From assembly GCA_963779615.1 (NCBI GenBank), contig CAVZZA010000003.1:416001-480000 (forward strand): a DNA stretch of 64,000 bases, given 5' to 3'. A program made the translations under genes and the position numbers. The notes beneath the pieces are model-generated. The model was not told where the DNA came from. It was given only the letters and a program-made list of their open reading frames with translations, and ran no database searches. Positions 18,959 through 28,690 of the stretch are shown here, one piece after another (position 1 is the stretch's first letter; each line of letters begins with the position of its first letter). The stretch is from an uncultured Nitrososphaeraceae archaeon (lineage in GTDB: Archaea > Thermoproteota > Nitrososphaeria > Nitrososphaerales > Nitrososphaeraceae).

Positions 18959-20443
18959 CTAGGCAAACACCAACACAACAAACAGGTAATAGACGGCAAT
19001 GTTCACTGCCGTCACTATTGCTCCAATTTTAAGAAATTCAAAAAATGAGAAGGCCTTTAGGCCTTTGGATTCTGCCGCCTCTATGATTATTATGTTGCTT
19101 GCGGCTGCCAATATTGTAAGATTTCCGGCAATGGTGCTAGCGGCAGCAAGCATCATCCATTGGTTGACATGTCCACCCTCGCTGCCAATTGGGGCACCTG
19201 CAAATCCATTGCTTATCATTATGTGGCTATAAAAGACAACAAAAGGGACATTACTCAAGACCTGGCTTAGTGCTATGCTGATAACCGATATCACTGCATT
19301 ACTTTGAAACATGTCGTGTTTATCTGGAGTGGGGAAATACGATACCATTTGGGAAATGATGCCGGAGGACCATAGCGCAGAGGTAAATACAAACATTGAA
19401 GCAAAAAATACGAGAACGCGATAGTTTACACTTGACAGTATCTCTTTGCGCTCTTTGCTAAGAGCATACAAAGTAGTGGCGCCCAGCATCGCAATAATGC
19501 TCAGGCTGAAATTAACGGAAAAGTGAAAAGCAAATTGCACTGTCTCAGATAAGACAAATCCAGAAATGGTTAAAAGCAAAACAGCAATTGAAGTTTTTGC
19601 CAAAAGTGGGTTTACAATTGCATCATCATCATCATCTTTTTCTGCTGCTGATGATTCTGCTTTGTGGTGACTGGGAAACGGAATCGGCTCATGCTTAGAA
19701 AAATAACTGTGCCGAATCTTTAGGTTATTTCTCTTTGGAGTGTGAGAATTCTGCCGCTTTTGCAGTTGCTGCTGCTGCTGTTCTTGCTTTCGATTTATTT
19801 GGTTTGGTAGTAACGCAGGTGACAATACCAAATCCCTTTTAAAATAGGTTTTTAGTATAAAAAAAGTTGCAAACAGGTTAACTACAGTTGGAATGCCAAG
19901 CACCTTGACAAATGTCAAAAATGGCAATGGAATGCCGCTTTGAAGTGCAATCAAAAGGTTTTGGGGGTTTCCTAAAGGGGTCATTGTGCTTCCTATGGTT
20001 ATTCCAAAGGACAGAGCGATAAGGAATACCTGCGGCCTAATTCCAATTTGCCATGAGATATGCGCAATAATGGGGATTGCCATTACAGCTATAGTGTCAT
20101 TTACCAAAAATGCTGAAAGCAATCCCATGCCAACAACAAAAACCATCAGTACCAAGTCCGGATGGCTGTTTGTCTTTGACAACATCTTTAACGCCACCAT
20201 CTTAAGTACTCCCGACATGTCCAGCGCAGAAACAATGCTGAACATCCCAAAAAGAAATCCCATCACATCCAGGTTGATTGATTTAAATGCAGATTCTATG
20301 CTAATGACCTGAAAGCCAACCATAAGTGCGGCACCTGTCAGCATTGAGGCCCATATTGGAACTTTAAATTTGCCTCTTCCGAATATGATGAGAAAATATA
20401 CTGCAGCAAAAATGACTATTGCAATATAGGGGTGTTGCACCAT
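18959..20443 (-). CDS. ArsB/NhaD/SLC13-family anion permease
   Basis: SAFLVNDT, GSTMTPLGNPQNLLIA, SQVLSNVPFV, ASTIAGNLT..AAASNIII; ~12 TM segments with a poly-Q loop. Confidence 0.9.
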   Translation of the reverse strand: MVQHPYIAIVIFAAVYFLIIFGRGKFKVPIWASMLTGAALMVGFQVISIESAFKSINLDVMGFLFGMFSIVSALDMSGVLKMVALKMLSKTNSHPDLVLMVFVVGMGLLSAFLVNDTIAVMAIPIIAHISWQIGIRPQVFLIALSFGITIGSTMTPLGNPQNLLIALQSGIPLPFLTFVKVLGIPTVVNLFATFFILKTYFKRDLVLSPALLPNQINRKQEQQQQQLQKRQNSHTPKRNNLKIRHSYFSKHEPIPFPSHHKAESSAAEKDDDDDAIVNPLLAKTSIAVLLLTISGFVLSETVQFAFHFSVNFSLSIIAMLGATTLYALSKERKEILSSVNYRVLVFFASMFVFTSALWSSGIISQMVSYFPTPDKHDMFQSNAVISVISIALSQVLSNVPFVVFYSHIMISNGFAGAPIGSEGGHVNQWMMLAAASTIAGNLTILAAASNIIIIEAAESKGLKAFSFFEFLKIGAIVTAVNIAVYYLFVVLVFA

Positions 20444-21244
20444 GGTTTGGTGACGGCCATCTTTAATTTTATTTCTTGTTTGAAAAAAATGAGAATCATC
20501 AAGTTTAGAAAAAAATTGGAATTGCAGGATAACCCCTATTCTAACAAATGGAAATGAGAATCAAATAGGATTTTTTATAATAGCATTAGAGACAAAATCC
20601 CTTGATTCTATTGTTAAAAAAGGATAAGGTGAGAAGCACTTTATATCTATCTCCTCATCAATCCTGTAAATAATGATAACAAAGGTTTTAGGAAAAAAAT
20701 CCTCATACTAGAGAAAAATGTAAAATTGATTAAAAAATACCAGCACGATAGACAAAAGGTTAAAATGCCATTTTGGGACCCTACTAAATTTAACAATATG
20801 TTTATGGATCTATGCATATGATATTTTTTGTAAATTATAACATGCTTGATTTTGATATCTGCACTTGCGATCATAACAATGTGTTTAGAGATACAGAAGC
20901 AGTGAGAATGAGTATACTACCGGTAAAACTTTAATAATACACACATAAAACAAAACTAAAAGATTTTATTAAAAAGTTACATGTCATTTTTGCCGCATAC
21001 CCCACCGTCCATGCTCATAATGGTTCTTTTATTTGGATTCTGCAAACATAAGGTGTGTAAAAAGGTGATGATAGAGCAAAATGAGAATAAGGAACCAGGT
21101 TTATGTTCGCGGTATTTATTTGAGATAAAGTCGCCGGTGACAGGGAAAAGTACAGGAAAAGGTAGATATGACGATTTTATTACTCCAAGAAAAAAGGGAT
21201 AAAAATCGGTTTTTTTGTCACTTTTCCTTATTTGTTCGTCATCA

Positions 21245-22014
21245 CTATCCTATGATTACCGTGGTTATGGTGTTTGTAACAGTGCATTTTTGAGTTCCGC
21301 CTGCTGCTATGGTGCCATTGACTAAAACTCCATCAGGGCCAGAAGTAAAACTTACAAAGTCACAACCACCGCTAAACAATACTGCAAAGCCAGTAACAAA
21401 CTGAGGCACAAATTCTGCAAAGGTATAAGTTCCTGGAGCTACTGTGATGGCGGTACATCCCTCATTAGCACCTTGGAAGGTGTTGGGGTTTGCAGAAGTA
21501 CTGAAAGTAAATGTAAAGTCTGAAGGCCGAAAAGTTGCTCCTGGTGCCTGATTATTAACCGTTTTACAAATGTTCAATGTTGCTGTTGTTGGTATTGGTC
21601 GTTGGGTTGGTCGTTGGGTTGGTCGTTGGGTTGGTCGTTGGGTTGGTCGTTGGGTTGGTCGTTGGGTTGGTCGTTGGGTTGGTCGTTGGGTTGGTCGTTG
21701 GGTTGGGGTTGCGGTTGCAGCCTGTTGAACATTGAGGCTCTGGTCATTGAAGCCTGAAGCCTATTGTCCTTGCCCACTACCCGTTGGCCTTCATTGGCCT
21801 GTTGGCAATTGTCGCCTCTGTAACAGAAGTTGTCCTGGTTCAGTCCTTGTTTTGCGCTCTTTTTGTCCGATTCGGTGCTTGCCTTTATAGAAGATCTAGA
21901 TTCCCTGTTATTTTTGTCCTCCACAGCATAAGACTGCATTGGGATAACGCCTGTCCCGAGAATCAGTGTTGTTGTGATTATGGCTACTAACAAAATGTTC
22001 TTTGTGTTGTTCAT
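21245..22014 (-). CDS. Secreted protein paralogous to 9811..10525 (256 aa if one missing base at ~21762 is restored)
   Basis: Restoring GAC AAT (G)AG GCT gives GKDNEASGFNDQSLNVQQAATAT(PTQR)9PIPTTATLNICKTV, in frame with ORF 21245..21577; 770+1 nt = 257 codons. Confidence 0.8.
21596..21703. repeat. Perfect tandem repeat, 9 x 12 nt (tggtcgttgggt), encoding (PTQR)9 on the minus strand
   Basis: Counted directly. Confidence 0.95.
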
Positions 22015-22426
22015 GGATAAAATCCAGTTACAGTTTTAGTTCTATCTGGAGTAGGATTTTTGGCACCTGAAGTCTTATTTGTATTTGTTATCCTGAAAAG
22101 AGATGCATAATCCTAATACTATAAATATAGAGATGAATGTTAAGCATAACTTTACCTTATAGTAAGTGTATTTTTTATACATACTTTCAATATCAATAAT
22201 GAATACTATAATGACTTGCATAGTTTTATACTTGTGAAAAAAAAGGATATTGTATTTTTATAAATTGAAAACTATATCCTTAACAGTCCCAATAGGGTTA
22301 GAATCTACTTTAAAGGACCGATATCGGTACCAAGTCCATCAGGCCCATTGTTCATAGGGTATCTAATAATCAGTTATGGATAAAACAGAAGGAGAATGAT
22401 AAGATTGATTATAATCACATTTCTGG

Positions 22427-22921
22427 TTACACTATTCTATTTAGCCTTCCTGTCTGGGTATCATAAATGCATCCATACACTGGAATATGCTTTGGAATGA
22501 ACGGATTTGTCTTTATCTTTTCAACCTGCGCCCTTACATTTTCTTCCAGGTTAGCAAATGTATAAAATTGCAATTCACCAGGGTCCTTGTGGTACTTTTG
22601 TTTGATGTTGTTACGGATATGTTCATCTGAAAATTTTTGCATTCCACAGTCAGTATGGTTTATGATGATAAATTCTTCAGTTCCTAAAAGCTCGTGTGAT
22701 ACAATGAGAGAGCGTATTGCGTCCTCTGTTGCTATACCCCCTGCATTTCTTATAATGTTTGCTTCCCCTATGTTTAATCCAAGCATATCCTCTATCAACA
22801 ATCTGGCATCCATACATGCCAATACTGCAATTTTTTTTGAAGGCATTGGTTTTAAATGCGAATACCTATAATCCTTAACGTATTTTTCATTTGAGTTAAA
22901 TACATCCTGTATTTGGCTCAT
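22427..22921 (-). CDS. Beta-class carbonic anhydrase
   Basis: CMDAR, IRNAGG, HTDCG zinc ligands; YDTQTGRL C-terminus. Confidence 0.93.
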   Translation of the reverse strand: MSQIQDVFNSNEKYVKDYRYSHLKPMPSKKIAVLACMDARLLIEDMLGLNIGEANIIRNAGGIATEDAIRSLIVSHELLGTEEFIIINHTDCGMQKFSDEHIRNNIKQKYHKDPGELQFYTFANLEENVRAQVEKIKTNPFIPKHIPVYGCIYDTQTGRLNRIV

Positions 22922-23053
22922 GTTTTATGATTTATGGAATTGGTCTTTAATAATTTAATTTAATATTAAACTTATACATGACAATTACAAAACATCAAGT
23001 ATTTGGAATTATTGTATCATAGCAAATCTATAAATAAAATGTGGCTAAATTAT

Positions 23054-24036
23054 TAGATCTCTTGCATAATTAGAAACAATATACTTCATTCAGTATGGCT
23101 GTGGATGAAGTCTATCTAAAAAGATGATAATATTCTATAGTTTACCAATCCCGATACTATATCCGATATTCCGTCGTACTTTCTTAACTTGTTTCTAAAT
23201 ATGTCTGCAAGGATTTTATATTTTTTAATTCTGCAGATGGTGTGCTCTATTATGACCCCTCTCTCTAGCATGGTTTTGGTTGTACTCTTTTTCTCCTATA
23301 GATGTCTCTTTTTGGTCCCTCTTCTTTCTGTTTGGCAGAGAGGACTTCTGGTCAGGAAAGTCTTTCCCAACTCCCAGATATCCAAGGTCAAACACGTTAA
23401 CAACATATTTGGGAGCAACAGGGCGATCCTTTTTATAAATATAATAATCATGTCTTCGTCCTCTCTTATGACCTGTTTTATGGATGATGAGGCCTTGGCT
23501 GTTAACCATAAGCTGTGTCTTTACGGTATGCCTTCCTTCTTTCCCGAGTAGTATATCTTTCGCCTTCTCCTATTTTCAGGCCTTGGTATCTGCTGTTCTG
23601 TACAGTCTATGAAAGACAGAAAGCCTGGAAAGTACTTTTCTACTTCGCTAGGTGTCTGCAGCCTTTTTGATAATCTGTTGTATACCTTTTGAGGTATTGG
23701 TACGCATTTTCTTATCAGCGGCTCCATCTTTTGGATATCCCTACAAATGTTACTCTGGTCTAGGTCAAAGAGAAAACCAGTTAAGGTGTAGGTTATGGAA
23801 AGACGGTAATACACCAAAAGCACCATAAGCCTGTTTTTTATGTTCAACTTGAAATGCCTGCCTGCCCCTATAGACCATTCTCTTTCCTTTCTTTTTGCTG
23901 ATAAACGCTGCATCTCGTGCTTGTCATATCTTTTTGTTATCTCTTTTTGTAAATATTATCAAACTCTTTTACTGTGAGTCCGATGAAATACTTGAAAAAG
24001 CATTGGTTTTCTGGATAACCTGTCATATGAAAGCAA
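23054..24036 (-). mobile_element. IS5-family-like element (HTH_Tnp_4 plus DDE_Tnp_4 transposase 23116..24036, four frameshifts)
   Basis: LSYDRLSRKPMLF, GAGRHFKL, LFDLDQSNICRDI, IDCTEQQIPRP, YSGKK/RHTVK, DLGYLG, IEHTICRIKKY, ending IVSGLVNYRI*. Candidate end tagatctcttgcataatt at 23054; no matching inverted end seen upstream of the gene. Confidence 0.85.
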
Positions 24037-24586
24037 AGAATTAGGTCAACAGGCAACTGATAGAAGAATTCTTTTGTTACCTGACCAGTGCTGACACGCC
24101 AGAGCTCCCAAAATGGACTGCCCAGTGTCTTGACAAGACATCCGGAATAGCCTTGTGGTATTCCTTGGCCACTGAAAAACATGATGGTGCAGGGCGCTGC
24201 TCCCTCCCTTCAGCAATTTGTTGCTAACCGCATGGTACTTCCCTCATCCGTGTTTCATGTACACCATAACCATCACCATAACATCCCCACGCAAGTGCAT
24301 GAAGGTATTTCCTGCTGCCTGCCTGGGTCTGGATGACCTCGGCATGCGGCACACGCCAAAGCATGGGCATCGATCTCCAAATCAAAAGCGGATGGACTTG
24401 ACCCCTTCCCTTCCGTGAGCAGACATCCTTCACGTACCCCTGGGCGAGGTTGACCCGCTTTGGGGTTGCCCCATAACCATCGCTGGGGTCGAAAGGCAGG
24501 AGATGCCTCTATGCGGCACGGCATACCTTACAAAATAAGAACGAAGCCATTGCCAAAATATTTATATATAAGTATAGAGGGGAAAG

Positions 24587-24619
24587 TTGTGTATTTTTAT
24601 AAACTTGTGTATTTTTATA
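24587..24619. repeat. Direct repeat ttgtgtatttttata x2 (18-nt period) in an AT-rich promoter-like island
   Basis: Copies at 24587-24601 and 24605-24619. Confidence 0.6.
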
Positions 24620-25073
24620 CACTGAACCCTGAGGAATTACCCATATATATCTATGGCGTGAACTTATATAACGAAATACAGAGTAGGATGTGCATTTGCC
24701 AAAGCCATTCGTTTGGGGATGGGGGGTGTTTTTCTGTTACCACTCACATAGGCCCCTTTTCGGGCTGATACGGCATTTTGGCCCTGGTGTTCGGATACCC
24801 ATCCACCATGGCGGCAGCATACACCATACCGCCGCTGGTTTGGACCCATGATACAGTTGTGGTTGTTAGACTGGTCTTTCTGCAATGCGCCATGTCGACG
24901 GTGCGGTGGCGACGTGCTTGTCTTACTGCCGCAAAAACGTGGGCAAGGCAAGCCCCCCTGGAAAGACAGTCTGCCTGCCTTCAATCAATGTGACTGGCTC
25001 ATGTGTTACTCCCTGGTGGTGAGCGTTATCGATAGCCATGGCCAAATGCCCTCGGTCCCAAGGTCAAGGTCAT

Positions 25074-25325
25074 CTAGATCTGCGCCATGCCCCCATCGAC
25101 GAACAGCTCAATGCCGGTGATGAAACTGCTGTCGTCTGACGCGAGGAATGTGGCGGCTTTCGCTATTTCGTCAGGGCTTCCCATCCACACCCAGCAGCGG
25201 CACAGCGTTCACGAGGTTTGCCTTTAACTACTAGCCTGGTCCCTCTTTGGACCATGCCGCTGGTCATCGGTGTGCCTTTCGGACCGGGGCTTGTGGCGTT
25301 GACGCGGATCCTGTGCTTTAGCACG
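25074..25325 (-). pseudogene. 3' remnant of a short-chain dehydrogenase/reductase
   Basis: HRIRVNATSPGP.GTP...[36 protein letters not shown]. Confidence 0.85.
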
Positions 25326-25751
25326 ACAGACTAGCCTGCCATCGGCAAGGGGCGATGGCGATGACAGAGAGGGGAAAGGGGCTGTGGAAGGGAATAAATG
25401 TGAGGGTTTTGGGACTTGAGCCACAAGGCCTAGGGGTGTTGCCTCAAGCGGCATGGCCCACTGGTTTATATATGTATAGATATAAGCGAACACGCGATAG
25501 ATATAATGATGGGACCTTAATTACAGTTTGGTGTCCCTAAAGACACTGCAATTGCTTTTGCTTTCGGCAGGCCAAAATATGTGGGAAGGGCGGTATTGCG
25601 TGCCCCCTCCACCATAGCATATCGCCAAGACGCTAATAAGTAAACGGCGCACCGCTTTTGTGCCGTATCCTAAAGGGCAGATGGACCCAACTTTAACAGT
25701 CTATACCATCTATTGACTTTAACATCCTTTTAAAACCATTTAGTGGATTTT

Positions 25752-26320
25752 AGTGAAGGGCCAAGGGGCAGTAGAAATCTACAAGTCCCAAAATCCACCC
25801 TTGGCGATTGTAAAGGGTGTTCCAGTCCCGGTTCAGTGTGTCAATCATGGATCCTGGCCGCTGCACAGCATCGCACGGGTGACCATGCCTTCCAACACGG
25901 GCCAATGAAGGTTACAATAGCAAGGCCCACCACTTGTGCGGGTACAGCGTGCTTTGTGTTTGAAGCAATTCAGGGGCGACCGTCCAACTGCCATTAAAGG
26001 GGGGCGGGCCGGGCTATGTAGTGGCGATACTTGGGATTGGCGGACTTGGGCATCTGTCATTCAGTTCGCCAATAGGATGGGCTTTAATGCCATGGTCGTC
26101 AGAAGAGGGAATGACAAGAAGGCCATGGTAAAAAGGCTTTGTGGTTGCATTGCATTGACAGAAACGTGCAGAACGCAGTTGAGGAACCTGTCAGGTATGG
26201 AGAGTAGGATGGGGAGACGGATGTGGAGGCACAAAGGTGATACTTGCAACAGTGCCAGGTGAAAAGGCGATGATCTCTTTTTGGGTCGGGCTGTCAGCGA
26301 AGACTGGGTTATAAGTGCCT
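25752..26320 (+). pseudogene. Degraded Zn-dependent alcohol dehydrogenase
   Basis: Across frameshifts: TCAG...VVAILGIGGLGHL/IQFANRMGF...RGNDKKAMV...QNAVEE...GGTKVILATVPGEKAM. Confidence 0.8.
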
Positions 26321-26935
26321 CTGACGAACTACTTCTAGTGCCCCCAACCCTACTTTTGTCAAAACGTCTGTCGATCACGGGCTGGCCTAGTGGCCCATCG
26401 CTAGACTCAGGACACGCTCGCCTTCAGCATGTTTTCTGGTGTGAGGTCCATGAATGAGGTCTTTTCTCTGTAGCGTGCAGCAGCATAAGCCAACGATCTA
26501 ATGTTGAGTGGCAAGGCATGATTTGGGGCGGGCCTTACAGCAGGGCATTAACCATAATAATTCGAAAATGCCTTGAAGACTGTATTTGTGAGTTAAAATC
26601 GCCATTGACCAGGGAGAAGTACTAAAGAAAGATGGGGAGAATCATTTTTTGATTTTATGAAACAAACCGGCACTATCACAGGCTTTCAGGATCTTTTTTG
26701 GGTATTGCAAAACTTGCAGCACTAGTGAAAGGACGGCTCCGGCGCCCTTTAGAGAATCCCTGTAACCCTAAATGGTTGTCCCAAACTCGATCAGTTTTTT
26801 GGAAAGCACCATGTTTTCTTGGATGAAGGGAAGGGGTACCCGTGGGGCTGTGGAGTCGCGGTACAATAAAGCATCGGGTTCATGTTCAGGTTGCCCCCTC
26901 ATCTCTTGTGTCGGCCGCATCGCCTTCCTCCCTCT

Positions 26936-27784
26936 CTATCCCCTTACGGACCCCAGCGTGAATCCCTTGATCATTTGCCTTTGAAATGCAATGACGAGGA
27001 CAATCACTGGCAGGATCGCAACAGTGATTCCCGCAGCCAAATAACCCCATTCTATCCTATACAGGGAAATAAACTGATAAAGCGCTACCTGAAATAGTGT
27101 GGAGTCCGGAGAGTTTGCGAGCACAACTGGAAGGACAAATTCATTCCAGGAAAAGATAAATGAGAATATTGATGCGACCGCAAATCCAGGCATAGATAAC
27201 GGTATAGTAATCCTTCTCAAAACCCCTATCTTTGAGCATCCATCGATTAACGCAGACTCCTCTAGTTCCTTTGGTATCGTCTCAAAATAGTTTTTTAGCA
27301 GCATGACGTTTAGTGGTATTATCAGTATTTGAAATGTAAGGATTAGAGAAATCAGGGAATTGAGCAGCCCCAGTTTTGCAAGAATGCTGTATAGGGGTAT
27401 TATGTTAATGACAATAGGTATCATAAACAAACCCAGGATAAGGTAAAAGAAAACATTCTTCGCCTTGAATTGAAACCTGGCTAGAGCATACCCGGCAAGG
27501 GCGCTAATTGTAACGTTTAAAATCATGCTCCCAAAGCTGACTATTAGGCTGTTGTACAGGCTCTTTATTATGGCAGAATTCGTAAACACAAAAAAATAGT
27601 TTTCAAGCGTGACCTTTTCAGGAATCAACTTTGGAGGAAAACTCATTGCCTCATCATTTGGTTTTAGGGATGTGGTGAAAACCCAAATCAAGGGAAACAA
27701 GGTGAGGCCTATAAATACAGATATCGCGACATAAACAAATGATTTTTCAATCTTTTCAATTCCCTTGTTGGAGAGTCTGCCCAT
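26936..27784 (-). CDS. Carbohydrate ABC transporter permease (MalG-like)
   Basis: EAA loop IPKELEESALIDGCS, FSWNEF. Confidence 0.95.
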   Translation of the reverse strand: MGRLSNKGIEKIEKSFVYVAISVFIGLTLFPLIWVFTTSLKPNDEAMSFPPKLIPEKVTLENYFFVFTNSAIIKSLYNSLIVSFGSMILNVTISALAGYALARFQFKAKNVFFYLILGLFMIPIVINIIPLYSILAKLGLLNSLISLILTFQILIIPLNVMLLKNYFETIPKELEESALIDGCSKIGVLRRITIPLSMPGFAVASIFSFIFSWNEFVLPVVLANSPDSTLFQVALYQFISLYRIEWGYLAAGITVAILPVIVLVIAFQRQMIKGFTLGSVRG

Positions 27785-27791
27785 GTCTATG

Positions 27792-28658
27792 TCATCTCCG
27801 TTTTAATGCAAGGATATACACGATAGCAACCGTTATGTTGATGAATAACAGCATTATTCCTGCTGCTGAGCCTTTCGACAAGAGCCCAAATTCAAATGCC
27901 TGCCTGTACATGTATAGTGAGGCAGGGGTGCTTGCATACAGGGGATTGCCCCCGGTCATTATCAAAGGTATTTCAAAAAAATTTACAGACCAGATTGTTA
28001 TCAGAATAATGTCTATTATTATGAACGACTTTAGCAGAGGAAGGGTCAGATAAACAAATGATTTGATTTTTGAGGCTCCATCCACCCTTGCAGATTCATA
28101 AATAGAGGGATTTATCGACAATAACCCTGCAGTGAGGAATAAAATGGTAAATGGCGTTCCGTACCAAACGTTTGCTATCATGATAGACCATACAACGATG
28201 TTTGGATCAGATAGCCATGCAACAGGGGAAAATCCGAGATAATTTAACATGTAGTTCATGATTCCGAAACTGTTGTCAAAAATAAACTTGAATGAAAAAG
28301 CAGCAATCAATCCTGAAGTTACCCAAGGAATCATAATGACGGCCATGAAAACTTGCTTTCCTTTAATGTTCTGATTCAGCAGGGAGGAAATGGCAAGGCC
28401 GATTAGAAACTGAAACGCCACTGATCCTCCAACAAATATCATGGATGTCTTAACCGATGTGTTAAAATTCGGATCACTCAGAACCTCAAAGAAGTTATCC
28501 AGCCATGCAAATTCCCATTCCTTGAGAATTGTGGTTATAGAGACTTCATGTAGGGAGATGTAAACATTCCAAAAGAACGGAAACAGCAGAAATACAAATA
28601 ATATTGATAGTGCCGGTAAGAGGTAAACATATGGCTCATATTTTGCTATGGCGCGCAT
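27792..28658 (-). CDS. Carbohydrate ABC transporter permease (MalF-like)
   Basis: IYESARVDGAS...LTLPLLK, MTGG.P motifs. Confidence 0.95.
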   Translation of the reverse strand: MRAIAKYEPYVYLLPALSILFVFLLFPFFWNVYISLHEVSITTILKEWEFAWLDNFFEVLSDPNFNTSVKTSMIFVGGSVAFQFLIGLAISSLLNQNIKGKQVFMAVIMIPWVTSGLIAAFSFKFIFDNSFGIMNYMLNYLGFSPVAWLSDPNIVVWSIMIANVWYGTPFTILFLTAGLLSINPSIYESARVDGASKIKSFVYLTLPLLKSFIIIDIILITIWSVNFFEIPLIMTGGNPLYASTPASLYMYRQAFEFGLLSKGSAAGIMLLFINITVAIVYILALKRR

Positions 28659-28690
28659 TTCAGGAAAAAATAAAATGGGTTTTTCGGGGT

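Larger units (their letters stand above)
20870..22160. repeat. Diverged duplicated cassette, copy 2
   Basis: Co-linear with 9430-10670. Confidence 0.85.

Noticed and set aside
21596-21703. (PNDQ)9 protein repeat as given by the ORF track
   Set aside because: It arises from the upstream -1 frameshift; the paralog shows the true frame is (PTQR)9 leading into the C-domain.
24218-25120. Multiple overlapping 60-106 aa ORFs
   Set aside because: Expected by chance in GC-richer decayed DNA; no consistent frame or motif.
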